DNA of 63,859 bases, the filler included, from Reclinomonas americana ATCC 50394 (lineage: Eukaryota), in NCBI GenBank assembly GCA_048213135.1. It is 4 parts of 2 records of this genome, joined end to end, with 100 filler letters (N's around TTAATTAATTAA, not from the genome) between each part and the next. Parts side by side here need not be neighbours in the genome. Positions count along the whole stretch, not along the records: positions 1 to 28,951 come from PS015020.1; 3 more parts are not named here. One strand, written 5' to 3'. How positions within the stretch are numbered: position 1 is the first letter of the stretch; each line of letters starts with the position of its first letter. Shown one piece after another: positions 1 to 18,627 of the stretch. The notes beneath the pieces were generated by a model. It did not search any database. It was not told where the DNA came from and was given only the letters and a program-made list of their open reading frames with translations. The translations under genes and the position numbers were made by a program.

Positions 1-113
1 CCTCTCTTCCTCTCACTCTTCGTGTGGTCCGACTCACTTGTCCTACTCTCTTTCCTTACGTCACGTCCGTTCGTACGTTCTACTACTAGTTCTATCTCCT
101 CCTACTCGTTCGT

Positions 114-154
<41 letters not shown>

Positions 155-605
155 CACACTGCCTTGCATGGCCATCTTGTGCCCATCTCATATCCAGCTC
201 CCCATCATGGCTCCATGCATCACTGCTTCATTGTCTCCCTCCCCCTTTCCCTATCTCTCCCTCTCTCTCCCTCTTCTGTCTTGCTCTTCTCTCTGCGCGA
301 CCATTCATTGCCAATCTCGTATCCAACTCATTACCATGCCTCCATGCATCTCTCTCCCTCTCACTGCTGCTTCTCTCTCTTTCTCCCTCTATCACATCGT
401 CTTGCGAGGCCACTCATCGCCTCGCTCCTTTCCAGCTCGCCACCGTGACTCACAACGTATCTCTCCCTCATTCCCTCCCTCCTTCTCCCTCTCCCCCTCG
501 CTCCCCCTCTCCCTCCCTCTCCCTTGCCCCTCCCCTGCCCTCCCCTCTCCCTTCCCCTCCCCTGCCCTCTCCCTCACCTATCCCCTTCTCTTTTCCCACT
601 CGCAG

Positions 606-3600
606 GCCCAACACCTGCGGAACACTCGGAGCAATCCCCCAAACACAACATCGTGGTCCCTGTACCGGTCCGTGCCGTGTACTCGCGCGCCGGCAGCGCT
701 CAATCAGGCAGGCTGTCACTCGTGGGACCTCGCACACCTGCCGCACAGGCTCCTCCTCATGATCCGCTGGTTTGTAATTGTGGTGGTGTTATGTTCACCT
801 CCCTGCCTCGCCAAGTCCTCACGCACCTTGCATATGCAGGAGGTGCTGGACTACACGCCGACGGATCCGGTGCTCGCCACGATTGCCAAGCGTCGTCTGG
901 CCTACTTGTATGATTTATCTGTTGCGTTGCTCTCAACCACATTGGCGAGATGGTGCGCTGGCGACTGACAACCATTGATTGATCGGCAGGCCATGTACAA
1001 TATTCAAAGTGGAGATTTTAGTACGGCTCTGCAGGAGCTGACGTCGGCTATTGAGCTGGACGCGGAGAACAATTTGCTTTATTTGCATCGGTCGGTGTTG
1101 TCTGCGCTCGCGAGCAGCCGGCCCACCTCATTCTCATCCTCCTTCTCATACTTCTCTATTCGCAGTGCGACGGTGTACGCGTGTCTCACGCACTACCGCG
1201 CGTCGCTGGCCGATCTGGACCGCTTGGTGGGTCAGATTGTGTCGGACTTTGAGCTGGAAGTGCGAAAGCAGGACTCGCAAAAGTGCTTGATCACACTGCA
1301 AGCACTCCTCGTCAAGTCGCTACTGTGCCTGACGCAGCGTGAATATCACGGTGCGTTTGCGATGTATGATCAAGCCAGCAGGCTGGTCCTCGACAACCCG
1401 CTGGTTCACATTGCGGCGCAACGATTACATGTGAGTGGCAGTGGCATTGGTGGTGTACTGCGTGCGCACTCACACCACCCTCTGTCTTGCAGCGTGTATG
1501 TGAAGCACTCGCCGAGGAGGCAGACAGGATGCTGCTGCACGGCAAGTTTCTCGAGGCCACCAATTTCATATCTCGCCAACTCGATCGCATGCCGCATCAC
1601 CCGAGTTTGCTGCTGAAACGGTGAGCGCTCTCATCGTGTCGCTCTTTCTCGGCCTCTTGTTTGTCTCTGTCGCTCACTTCCCCATGTTCAGTGGGCAATG
1701 TCTGCGTGTACAGCGGCACTTTCCGCAAGCGGTGGAGGATCTGCTCGAGTGCATCCACTGGTGCAGGGGTGAAATACCACAGCGCGCTGCGCCGCCCAAC
1801 ATGAGTTCCGTGGCCATGGCGCTGACGACTCGCTTCGCCAAAGAGGGAGCTATTGTGGTGGTGCGTCGGATGGTTCAGCACGCTCTCCCCCGCCTCCGTC
1901 TTTTGTCTGTCTCAACACACTGTTCTCCCGCGTTGCAGGTAAAGCTCGACGCTCGCATATTTGCACTCTCCGACAGCGGTCTCCTCCACGTGCTGGCCGT
2001 GACGCGCGGTGCCTTGCCGTCAGTGCGAATGCGACGTGAGTACACGAGCCATCACCGCCGTCACACGCCTCTGTGAACTGAACTGACTGCTTCAATTGTC
2101 TGTGCAGCCGAGGTCGCACAAGCTGCTGCCCGATTGCGCGAAATGGAACTGGCCGTGCAGCGTCAGCTCTCCATTACGCTGAACGAAATGGGCGTCGACT
2201 TGTTCAAGTTGCGTCGATTCTCTACTGTGCATCACTTGCGTCATTGTCACTCATCCACTGATCTCTACCAGGGCCAATGGTGACATGCTCTGTTGCACTG
2301 CCCCCCCTCTCTCTCTAACTACTCACATATTGTGTGATGTTGCAGACTATCACGGCGCACTTTCGTACTTTGCCGAGGCGCTGAAATGGCACGACCTCGG
2401 CGAGATTCACATTAATCGCGCCGATGCTCTGCTCAAGCAGCAGGAGTTCGACCAGGCCGTAGACAGCTGCATTCGTGCAGAAGTTTCGTCGTCCACTTAT
2501 TTTTTTGGTTCGATTCATGCCATGCGCAACAGCTTGCTCACCCCATGTGCGCAGCTCTTTGACGAATGTCGACAAGCGGCGCGTGAGATGCGCTCCCTCA
2601 TCCACCACGATCACGGTACAATTTTGTTCAACGAGCATCGCTTTGCAGACGCCGCTCGTGAATTCACGCTGGTGCGCACTCTGCTAAGTTTGTTGTTTTC
2701 ACGTGTTGCTGCCTTTCTCACCGTCGACTGTGCAGGCGGCCGAGTGCTCCCCGAATGTGTGGCGCTACCCATTCAACGTCGGCCAGACACTTGTCTCCAT
2801 GCAGGTGCGCCCCAGCCACTCGATGTCTCATTCCCCCTTGTGGCTTATTATTGTCCATGGACAGGAATACACGGCCGCCATGCGTTTCCTCAAGCAAGCA
2901 CGACAACTTGCTCCCCACCTCGACGTCATCACCAAGGCGCTCTACCAGGTCGCCGAGCTGGAGGCTCTGACGGAGAAGAGCAAGGGTACGACGCTCATTT
3001 CATCCTTCATGATCTCTTCACTCCTCATTCTCATTCGCCCACAGTGTCGCGCTTTGAACACGCGCTGCGAACGGCTGGCGTGAGACCGCCGTCGCACATC
3101 AAGCGACCCATGCTGACCAGCATTCAGCCGGACACCGAATTGTGGATGCATGTCATGAACCCGGAGCGCACACAGCCGCCAAGCCGGCAACCGTTTACCA
3201 CCTCGCTCACCAATGCTGGCGTGCGCGTAATGGCGGTGTCGCAATTGCCGCCAGTGACCGATGTCAATGACTCGGCCCGCGACTCCCTCTACGAGGCATT
3301 CCCACCGTCGCCAGTGGACGATATTCGCTTCCGGTGCGTGCGCTGTTCATGTGTGTGTGTGTCGTCATGCGCTTGGCTGAGGAGACTGAATCCGTTTTTT
3401 TGTTTGTCTAGGTACCCCACGCTCATCTCCAGTGACCCTGATCCAAGTACGTTGTGATCTCTTCTCAAACCCACGGTGCATGACGACTGACTGTATGCAC
3501 GAATTGCACACAGATCGCCCGCCGTCGGCCAATCGCAACCGACCGCCTTCAGCACAGAGCCGACGGTCGTCTGTGTCATCGCCCGCGCATCGCACCCCGA

Positions 3601-6343
3601 TGCATCCATTCTCGGTTTGTGAGCTCCAGGCGTCCCACATCGAGGTTCATGAATGCTCACCAGTGTCTTCCATGTCTTTGCTTGCACAGAAGGGCGAAGG
3701 AGCTGCGTCGCCTTCGTCTCCCGGCGGTAAATCGGCGACGAGTCAGGTGTGTCTTGTGTGTGGAATGCTTTCGAGTGACCACTATCCAGCTCACTGTTCG
3801 TCGCAGGTGGAGATCCCAGTCATTGAGCGGGCTGCCTCGGCTCGCGCAGAGCTTGCGGCTCTCGTGCGGGAAGACGTCGACACGACGCCTCGTGGCGAAA
3901 AGGTGGCCTACACCGATCAGTCACCACGCACCGTGCAGAGTCCACCACCCGCTCGCAAGGTAGTGGCGTCGTAGAGATGTGGTTGTGTTGCCCTGCAATC
4001 CTCACCTCTTCTCTNNNNNNNNNNNNNNNNNNNNNNNNNNNNNNNNNNNNNNNNNNNNNNNNNNNNNNNNNNNNNNNNNNNNNNNNNNNNNNNNNNNNNN
4101 NNNNNNNNNNNNNNNNNNNNNNNNNNNNNNNNNNNNNNNNNNNNNNNNNNNNNNNNNNNNNNNNNNNNNNNNNNNNNNNNNNNNNNNNNNNNNNNNNNNN
4201 NNNNNNNNNNNNNNNNNNNNNNNNNNNNNNNNNNNNNNNNNNNNNNNNNNNNNNNNNNNNNNNNNNNNNNNNNNNNNNNNNNNNNNNNNNNNNNNNNNNN
4301 NNNNNNNNNNNNNNNNNNNNNNNNNNNNNNNNNNNNNNNNNNNNNNNNNNNNNNNNNNNNNNNNNNNNNNNNNNNNNNNNNNNNNNNNNNNNNNNNNNNN
4401 NNNNNNNNNNNNNNNNNNNNNNNNNNNNNNNNNNNNNNNNNNNNNNNNNNNNNNNNNNNNNNNNNNNNNNNNNNNNNNNNNNNNNNNNNNNNNNNNNNNN
4501 NNNNNNNNNNNNNNNNNNNNNNNNNNNNNNNNNNNNNNNNNNNNNNNNNNNNNNNNNNNNNNNNNNNNNNNNNNNNNNNNNNNNNNNNNNNNNNNNNNNN
4601 NNNNNNNNNNNNNNNNNNNNNNNNNNNNNNNNNNNNNNNNNNNNNNNNNNNNNNNNNNNNNNNNNNNNNNNNNNNNNNNNNNNNNNNNNNNNNNNNNNNN
4701 NNNNNNNNNNNNNNNNNNNNNNNNNNNNNNNNNNNNNNNNNNNNNNNNNNNNNNNNNNNNNNNNNNNNNNNNNNNNNNNNNNGCACACGCAGTCCTCGGC
4801 CAACTCGTCCGCTGGCGGCTCTCGACCTTCGTCACGCTCCGCCGCCGTCCGTCGTCCAAGTGGCGACGTCGGTGATGGCGAGAGGAGAGTACCGAGTCGT
4901 TCGCAATCACGGCAAGGCACATCGACCGTGGACGAATCCATCTTGTCCACTGTCAGCCGCATGAGTCCGTCACCGAGTTTGGGCGGCTCGCTGAGGCCTC
5001 CATCTGGGCCGCCACTGGAATCGCGGCAGAGCCTGGTGGAGTCGGTGATTGCCTCGGCTCTGAGTCCGTCGCTGTCGCACCTCGTCTCCAAGATCGACCC
5101 GTCTGCGTGGAGAACCGACTCGCCGTCGCCCAAGCCATCGTCACCGAGCGGTACACGAGTTCGACCGCCACTTGTCGTTGCCTCGCCACCGAGGGGCAAT
5201 GCAGGTGCCGCCAAGAACACCGCATCACCGGGCAATGAGTACCGCTGGTACCCATCGCAGCCGCCACCGCCCATGGGTCTTGTGCCGGTGTCTCAAGTCG
5301 CCGACCCGTCTGCCACTTCAACTACTACTACCACTGCCACCACCACAGTTCCCACGACAGCAGCCACCGCACCGGCAGCCGCCAGCGGCAAGTCGCCAGT
5401 GACTACCTTCCCCGGCGTCAAACTGGACTTGTCGGGCGACGTCAGCACCGAGGAACGCATTCGGCAGGAGCGACAGCGACTCGGACAGCCGAGTCCAGCG
5501 TTGGGAGACAGGCCACCACTACCCACATCCACCGTCGGCAATGCCAAGTTCCGTGTTATCCGCGAGCGGCGGGCCAAGCAGGTGAGTGTGCTTGACAGTT
5601 TAAGTGTTCGTGTGGAAGAAATGCACCCGAAGGACTTACGACCTGGTCGGCCAAAGCAGCAGCAACAACAACAGACTCCGCAGCAACAGCACGCTGGCGA
5701 CGCTGCGTCACCGACGCCGGCGCTGGGCGACATTGTGACAGTGTACTCAGCGCGGCGGTCTCAGTTGCACTCCATGGACGACGAGGAGACCGACGAGAGT
5801 CACCCGGCACGGCGCGCGGCGGCGCCCAAGAGTCCACGACCTCCAGAACGTTGCGTAGTGTCCAGTCGCAGTGTTTCCCACGCTTCTTCTCGTTTTCCTC
5901 ATTATTATGCGGTGCAGCGTGGCGACCGGCGGATTACACACCTCGACCGGCCGGACGCAGCTCCAGTCCAGATCGTATTGCGACGTACTCGCCCACACCG
6001 CGAACTCCTTCGCCTCCGCCCACAGTGTCACAACCGCCCGTCATCATCGACGCCAAGACGCACAACCGTCAAGTTCTGCAGGAGCGCATCAAGGACACGA
6101 TCAAGACGAAGCACGTGAGGGTGCGTGTGTTCATCATTTCACTCGCTCCAAGTGTTTTTGCGGCTCACAACAGGCACGTCACAGACGGCGTCCGACGTGG
6201 TGCTGCAGTGCCTGTATACGGCCCCAAAGGAGAGCGACAAGAACCACACCGTGACCACGCTCCGCAAGGCAGCCAATCGACCGGAGCTGCTCGCTGCCGC
6301 GTCGCAAGCAGGGTTTGTGATCAATCACAGGACTGCGAAATGA
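606..6343 (+). CDS. Multi-exon TPR-repeat protein with long Ser/Pro-rich C-terminal region (5' end not identified; spans gap 4015-4781, so could be two genes)
   Basis: About 21 GT-AG introns join exons reading AMYNIQSGDFSTALQELTSAIELDAENNLLYLHR, RGQCLRVQRHFPQAVEDL, IHINRADALLKQQEFDQAVDSC, HDHGTILFNEHRFADAAREF and YPFNVGQTLVSMQEYTAAMRFLKQA, which match the TPR pattern; stop at 6341-6343. Confidence 0.7.
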
Positions 6344-6876
6344 GCAGCCAGACTAACTGCACGTGTGTGCGCGCACAGAACCAAAGAGCACCAGAGCTTC
6401 TGGGGAGCGTCAAAAGATGTTGCGACACAGCTTTTCACCCTCCGTGACCATGCTCGAAAGAAACTGACTGGCTGACTTTGACTCTCTCTGCAGGGCAAAC
6501 GCCGCTAGTTGAGAATAATCGAGTGAATACTATTTTGTTCATGGGGTTTTTTTTGACAAGCGTTCTTTATGAGAGAATATGGTACGGACTTGGCGGAACT
6601 GCACAATTGCTCATTGGTGACACAAGCACAAGGCACACAGACAAACAGACAGACAGACAGACAGGCAGGCAGACAGAGGTACAGGCTACGAAATATAGAG
6701 CAGCAAAAGAGACATTCATGCAGGCGGCAGCCAAGGCCACACCGAACGACACAAAACAGTTACTAGACACACACACACACACAGACAACAACAAGCCACA
6801 GCAATATCACAACACGTGATGTCGCGATCTTGGATTTCCTTCCGTCCACTCCATTTGCACATTGTGCCAATGTTTT

Positions 6877-11134
<4,258 letters not shown>

Positions 11135-11305
11135 AGTGGCGCACACACACACAAAGACACAAAGACACACTGAGAGAGCACGCGCGATGAGAGAGGCCGT
11201 TGTGAATCGGCGGCGACCGGTGAAATGGAACTGCGGATATCGGCGACAAGGACAGCCGTGCTCGCGTGCCGCCACTGTCACTTGGTCACACCGATAACAA
11301 CAGCA
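11135..11305. promoter_or_regulatory. Probable bidirectional promoter between the divergent MAPK and CBL genes
   Basis: Only 171 bp separate the two inferred start codons; inferred from geometry, no motif identified. Confidence 0.45.
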
Positions 11306-12669
11306 ATGGGGGGTTCTGCGTCGCGTGACAAGGTCCTCCGCAAGGAGATGAAGGAACTGGCACGGAGGACACACTGTTGCGCGCGCGCGAGAGAGAAAGT
11401 GGGGGGAAGAGAGTGAAAAGAGGGCGGCCAACCGCTACAACGCGCGCGCGCGGACACACACACACTCTCTCTCTGTGTTTGTCTCTTAGTCTGTGCCTGT
11501 GTGTGTGTGTCTCGCCTACACACGAGCGCCACTTTGATCTCCGTTTGTCTCGAGCGCGCGTTTTTCTGCGTGAGATGGCTCACCGCACACGCACGCACAC
11601 GTGCACTCATTGTCATCCTCTCACGCACACACAGCACACACACACGCGTGCTCACCACTTGCGTGTCGTTGAGAGAGAGAAAGGGCGAGAGCGCGAGGCA
11701 CTCACGAAATGTCCACACTCACCTTTTTTTGCACACACACAGTCTCCAAGGAGCAGCTTGCTGGTCTTCTCTCACAGTTCAACACAATCGCCGGACGCCG
11801 AGAAGACGACGGGTGTGTGTGTGTGTGTGTGTGTGCACAAAGAACAATCTCTGTTTTTTCACTCACATTTTTTCCATGTTGTGTGCGCAGGTTGATTGAC
11901 AAGCGCGAGTTCAAGGAAGCACTTGGTCTGCAAGACAGTCTGTTTGTCGATCGTATCTTCCGGTTGTTTGATGGCGATGGCAATGTTGAGCGCGGTCCTG
12001 TATCTCGTTCTTATCTTCATCATAGCTGCTGCTCATTGTACGTGTTGCAGGGTGTAATTGACTTCAAAGAGTTCGTCGAGGCGCTGAATGTGTTCCACGA
12101 AAAGGCCTCTCTCGACGAGAAGATTCAGTTCTCGTTCCGCATTTACGACTTTGACGGCGGTATGACCGACTTCAACTCTTGCTTCCTTCCTTGGCTTCCT
12201 TCCTCGGGTTTTCACGTGTGCGTGTCGTTTTGCAGATGGCTGGATTGTGAAGGATGAGCTGTTCCGATTGCTGCAAGCGTCGTTGTTTGAGAATGAGCTG
12301 CGGTTGTCCGACGATCAGCTGTATGAGCTCGTCGGTGAGTCTGACGGTATCTCATTGTCGCGTCGACAAGCTGCTCATGATGATCCATGTCGACAGACGC
12401 CACATTTGAGCGTGTCGACAAGGACGGTGATGGGAAGATTGGCTTGGAGGACTACAAGAAGTTGTGCGAAGATTACCCGAGGTTTGCTCCATCAGCTGTT
12501 CTTTCCTCGCAGTACGGCATGGACACTGATGCGTTTGCACGCACGCAGCATTTTGAACTCAATGACCATCAACACACCAATCGTGGAGATGTCGCTGGAG
12601 CAGGCCGGTGTGGGTGGAGGCTCAGGTTCAGGAGGCGCCGGTGGATCAGGCTCCGGAGCTGCACAATAA
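11306..12669 (+). CDS. Calcineurin B-like (CBL-type) EF-hand calcium sensor, probably N-myristoylated
   Basis: 7 exons: MGGSASRDKVLRKEMKELARRTHF-SKEQL...IAGRREDDGLIDKREFKEAL...SLFVDRIFRLFDGDGNGVIDFKEF...EKIQFSFRIYDFDGDG...DATFERVDKDGDGKIGLEDY; four EF hands, MGxxxS start. Confidence 0.9.
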
Positions 12670-13469
12670 GTATGACCGCGGCCTCTTTTGTTTTTTTGGA
12701 TGGGAAGAGAGAGAGGGGGGAGGAGAGGGAAGGAGAGGGGGCCTTCTTGTTCTCTCTCTTTTTTTTCTTTCGTTTCTGCTGCTGCTGCTGTTGCTGCTAC
12801 TGCTGTGTGTGAATATCGATGATTCGTGATGTGATGTGTGTGGGGTCAAGGGTCGTGGGAGGTAAGAGGGGAGGGCGGAGGTGAGCTGGAGGGGGCAGAG
12901 AAGGGTCAGGCGGCAAGGGCCCTACATGGCTGTCGCTGAGTACACATGCCAGTGCTGTGGAGGAAGATGGTGAGCGGAGATGAGTCAAGTGATAAGGGAT
13001 GCACTGTGTTGTCGAGGAGGAAATGAGCGAAGAGAGTAAGGACGGGCAACAGACACTGTTAAGTGCATGATCCCAAGGGCAGCGAAGAGTGAAAGGAGCG
13101 AGCGACGAGCGATCCATAGAGTTGTTGCGCAGCTGGTGAATGCTGAGGAGGTGAGGGCAAAGAGCGACGAGGGACTTGCAGAAATGCCGCTGAGTACAGA
13201 CACCAAGCGACGAGGGATGCACAGTGTTGTCGAGGAGGAAATGAGTGAGGAGAGAAATGGACGAGCAACAAGGGGATTGAGTTAATGGCAAAAGAGCGAT
13301 GAGGGACTTCAAGAGATGCCGCTGAGTACAGATTGACAGAGATGGGTCAGCGACAAGGGATCCAGGGTTTTCGCTCCGTACAGCCAGCAGCAGAGTTTGT
13401 CGCCCAGCAATTCGAGTACAGTGCTCGCGCGCGGGAAAACCGACTTCATTTTCGTTTCGTTTGCAAAGA

Positions 13470-16152
13470 ATGGTGAAAGGTGCGTCCCGGTCGTGCATGC
13501 TTGATGCCTGCATCTATGCGCACATGTGCACGAGAGAGTGAGAGTGAGCAAAGTAAGTGGAAAAAGACAAGTGTGAACATGGCGCGCACATGGTCACACA
13601 CTTTCACGCGCGCGCACTTTTCTCCCACACACACGCACACACGCACACAGAGGCATCACTCACCCCATTCTCTCACACACATGCACGCGCATCTCTCTCT
13701 CAAAACAGTGACAATCAAGTGGAAGAAGGAGACGTACAGCGATGTGGAGTTGGATGTCGACGACAGCGTGCTCTCCTTCCGCGCCCTCATCTACTCGTTG
13801 ACCGGCGTTCCACCAGAGCGTCAGAAGATCATGGACCCCAAGGCGGGAATGCTCAAGGTTGCGCGTGAAGAGACGAGACAAGGAGCGCTTTTGTGTATGG
13901 CTTACATTGTCGTTCATTTAGGACGATGCCGACTTGTCCAAGCTCAACATCAAGCCAGTTGAGTGTGTATGTTGTGTTGTGTGTGAGAGAGCATGTGTGC
14001 AAGAGGAGCCGTTGCTGGAGTCTGACAAAGAAGCTCTCTCTTCGTCCGTCTGCCTGCACTCAAGTCAGCCTCGTCGATGTGCTGCTCTCTCTCTCTCTTT
14101 CTTCCTGTTGTTCTTCTTCTTGTTCTTGTTCCTCTTGTTCTTGGTTGTTCTTGTTCTTCTTCTTCTTCTTCTTCTTCTTCCTTTTGTACTTCTTGTTCTT
14201 GTTCTTCTTCCTGTTCATGTTGTTCTTCTTGTTCTTGTTCTTCTTATTCTTCTTCTTCTCTCCTTTACTCATCGTCGTTTGTGTGCTCTGATCGTCGTTC
14301 GATCCCTCTCTCTTCCTTTCGCCTTCTTTTCGACTTTGCACCGGTAGACTTCTTCTCCTTCCTCTCCCTCCTTCTCCCTCTCGCCTCTCTCTCTCCCTCT
14401 CCCTTCTCCCTGTCCCTCACCCTCCCTCACCCACAGGGCCACATCTTCATGCTGATTGGCACTGCGGACGAGCTGAGGGCGCCCGAGGCCCGACCGGTGT
14501 TCATCGAGGACGTGGTCAGCGGCGATGTGGCCTCTGCGTCGCAGGTTGGTCGCCTCCTTCGGCGACGACGTGTCGTACTGGGTTCGTTTACTGACTTCAT
14601 GCATGCCTACTCTGTCAGCTGTTCCCGGCCGGTCTCTCCAACCTCGGCAACACGTGCTACATGAACTCGACGCTGCAGGTGCTGCGTCGTGTGCCCGAGT
14701 TGTCGACTGCATTGCTGAGGTACGCATGTGTGCCACACACGCTTTCCCACTTGTATCGTGAGCTAATCTCGATGTCGGCCACCGCCATTGAAGTTTCGAC
14801 TCGCCCAACGCGGATCCCGATGCCAGGCTCACTGTCAACCTGCGCGAGCTGTACAGACAGCTGGGCGCGCAGCACAACGCAGTGGCGCCCTACATGTTCC
14901 TCCAGGAGCTGCGCAACACTTACCCGCAATTCGCCGAGAACGAAGATGGTCGGTACATGCAGCAGGATGCGGAGGAGTGCTTCACGCAGCTGCTGTCGAG
15001 TCTGCGCAACAAATTGGTCGTTGGCGGACAAAACGTGATTGACGACCTGTTTGGCGTCGAGTTTGATGTCGAGTACGGCTGCGAGCACCCGGATGCGCTG
15101 CAGGAGCCGCACTCTTTTGTGCAGGAACGCAACATGAAGCTGCGATGCAATGTGTCGCCCGAAGCCGGCAGCCTCATGCACGGCCTGAAGCTGGTGTGTA
15201 CTGTGTGTATGCAGCCCTTCGCTTTGCATTTCGCCCTCTCTCTCTAAACCTCGATCTGCAGGGCATGGTGGAAGAGGTGGAGAAGAACTCGCCGACGCTG
15301 AATGGCGCGCTGGCTCCCTATCGCAAGGTGTCGATGATTCGCCGGCTGCCGCCGTTCCTCACCATTCAATTCATGCGTTTTGCGTGGCGACAAGACACGC
15401 AGAAGCGTGCCAAGGTGTTGCGAGTTGCGTCGATAGGAGGGGGTTGTTGGCTGCTGTGATGGGGGCAGCACTCAATGCGTGCACATTGTGCAGTCGGTGA
15501 AATTCCCGTTCAAGCTTGACGTGTTCGATCTGTGCTCCGACGAGCTGAAGGAGAAGCTCAGTGTGAGCCGCCACGCTGCGGAAGCTGTGGCCGAGTTCGA
15601 GATCCAGCATCGTGGGAAGAATGTAGTCTCTCGTCGCGGTGGCGCCAGCGGGTCTGGTGCGTCGGCGTCGGCAGCTCCCCCGCCGGTGGTTGCTGCTGCT
15701 GCTGCTGCTGCCGACAGCGATGCGATGCAAGTGGATGGAGAAGTGTCGACGACGGCGCCGGAAGGTTTGTGCGCACTTGTGTGTATGTGCTTGCTCGTTG
15801 ACGCAGTGTACCTGACTACGAAGACATGGACTCGCAGCCATCAACGCTCCATGTGGCTGGTACGAGCTGTGTGGCATTATCACGCATCAGGGACGCACGG
15901 CAGACTCCGGCCATTATGTGGGCTGGGTGAAGCAGGACAATGGCGAGTGGCTGAAGTTTGACGACGACAAGGTGTCGCCGGTGTCAGACGAGAAGGTGCA
16001 GGAGCTGAGCGGTGGTGGTGACTGGCACATGGCCTATGTGATGTTGTACCGGTGAGCGCTTTCTTGCAGCGAGACACTGATACCATTCGCGGTCTCAATT
16101 CTCCTTTTGCAGCGACCACACACCGGACGGAAAGTACGTGCTGCCGTCGTAA
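13470..16152 (+). CDS. USP14: Proteasome-associated deubiquitinase USP14/Ubp6
   Basis: N-terminal UBL (MVK|VTIKWKKETY...LTGVPPERQKIM), Cys box GLSNLGNTCYMNSTLQ, QQDAEEC, His box THQGRTADSGHYVGWV, and GGGDWHMAY; 10 exons. Confidence 0.95.
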
Positions 16153-16293
16153 GAATCTGTGTGTGTATGTGTATGTGTGTTCGCCTGTCCGAGGGCGTGC
16201 TCCCCGACAGCAACTAGTGCCAACACATGCAACGCGTCGAATGTACGTACAGTCGCTACAATACGAAACTGATCCGTACATTGTCGCCCGCTG

Positions 16294-17945
16294 CTATAGT
16301 ACGACACAGCAGCCACTGCCACCGGCCTGCTGTGATGTGACGGCGTTCGAGAGTTTCTTGGCCGCCTCGCGAGGCAGGGGTTCGGAGATGATGGGAATGC
16401 GTGAAAGGTTGAGGCGAGAAAGCACGGGGGATAATTGCTCCTGGCATGGCCGGATAAGATCCTTGTACAGCCGGCCGTGCGCCGGCGTGCCGAGAGCCTG
16501 CCGAGATAGATGAGCGATGAAGCGGGTGGGGAGGGAGCAACGAATAAGAGAGAGAGAAACGCACCACAAGTTTCCAGCCAGCCTCACACCGATGGAGTGC
16601 ACACAGCAGCAGTGCTGTGTTGTGCCCGAATTCGGCTGTTACCGCGGACGAGAACAAGTGAGAAGGTGAAAGGGAAAGAGAGGCAAAGAAGATGTGGCAG
16701 AAGGAAGAGTGCGAACCGAGAGGATATCGCAGGACTTCTTTCATCTTGTCGTCCAGCAGACGGATGTAGGCCTGTGCTGAACGCATGAGCGCCGTAGGTA
16801 TCAACGAGGGCATGAAGATGAGCACTACGTACCGCCTTTACACTGGCAAACGATTCGCCCTCCGTGTACACGTCTACAAGAAACACCTGTAAGTGGGAGC
16901 GGAGAGGCAACGCCTCCGACACTGCCAACGCAACTGACGACGACAGAAATGACAAAGACCTCGGCTGGAATGGAGCGCAGCCACACTTGAATGACTTCGT
17001 CGTCGCCTTCGCCCTGGAGGGAGACAAAGAGAAAAGGGTGAGACAAAAAAGATAGAGTCGTGGGAGACGGAAGTTGAGAAGCAGGTGTGAGAGAAACGAG
17101 TCTTGTGAACTGATGACATCCGCAGCGTCACCACGAGACGAACGCGAAGCAAAGCTTCGACAACACAAACAAAGCAGCGTGCTGCCGATCACGAAACTTC
17201 GCCACTCAAGTTATCACCCGAATGTTGCACACTGTGTTGTGTGAAGGCACGCTTGAGATGCACAAACAGAGTCCGTCGCATACCACACACACCAACAGTA
17301 CCTTCCATTGCGATTCTTGGTCTTGCCGAAAAAGACACTGTCATCCACGAATGCGCCGAATGCATCAAAGAACAGGCAGCTCGCTGCACATCCCTCAGTA
17401 AATCTTCCTTCGCAGGCATGTATAGCACGACGACTGCGCAACTATCCAAATCCACAGGTCGTCCAGGAATGAGGTCCCAGCCAAGTCCAATGTACACACG
17501 GTTGAGAGACGGGTCAATGGCCTTGCGCTCACCCTTGCGAACCACGGGAATCTTGATGTTTGGCGTGATGCGAATAGAGGGGAAGATGGTTTGCATGGAG
17601 GCCTAATGACGATGCGGTGTGAGTGCTCGAGACACCCACACTGCACAGAAGAGCAGCACACCTGCATGAATGGAATCAAGTCGGCAAATGTACGACCATG
17701 GCCGCCCTCCGCCGAGCACTGCATGTTCCAAATGTCCACACCGCCCTCGTTGGCACGAAAGACCTTGGCCAGCAAGAGTCCTGCGCCAGCACATTGTGAG
17801 CAGTGAGTGGAACGCAAGCAGCATCGCAAGGTCACGAACCGGTGTGCTGACCCATGCAACCCACTGCAGCGGAGGAGGAACAACGGGTGTGAGAGCAATG
17901 TACCGGTGGGCGTTTCCGGGACACACACACACACACACACTTACT

Positions 17946-18027
<82 letters not shown>

Positions 18028-18541
18028 ACNNNNNNNNNNNNNNNNNNNNNNNNNNNNNNNNNNNNNNNNNNNNNNNNNNNNNNNNNNNNNNNNNNNNNNN
18101 NNNNNNNNNNNNNNNNNNNNNNNNNNNNNNNNNNNNNNNNNNNNNNNNNNNNNNNNNNNNNNNNNNNNNNNNNNNNNNNNNNNNNNNNNNNNNNNNNNNN
18201 NNNNNNNNNNNNNNNNNNNNNNNNNNNNNNNNNNNNNNNNNNNNNNNNNNNNNNNNNNNNNNNNNNNNNNNNNNNNNNNNNNNNNNNNNNNNNNNNNNNN
18301 NNNNNNNNNNNNNNNNNNNNNNNNNNNNNNNNNNNNNNNNNNNNNNNNNNNNNNNNNNNNNNNNNNNNNNNNNNNNNNNNNNNNNNNNNNNNNNNNNNNN
18401 NNNNNNNNNNNNNNNNNNNNNNNNNNNNNNNNNNNNNNNNNNNNNNNNNNNNNNNNNNNNNNNNNNNNNNNNNNNNNNNNNNNNNNNNNNNNNNNNNNNN
18501 NNNNNNNNNNNNNNNNNNNNNCACACACACACACACTACTA

Positions 18542-18627
<86 letters not shown>

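Noticed and set aside
1260-1302. Possible GT-AA or TG-AG 42-nt intron in the TPR gene
   Set aside because: The frame reads through without it; no evidence that splicing is required.
3820-4922. ORFs spanning N gaps (also around 7490, 18030, 61556)
   Set aside because: Length comes from N runs and flanking microsatellites, not coding sequence.
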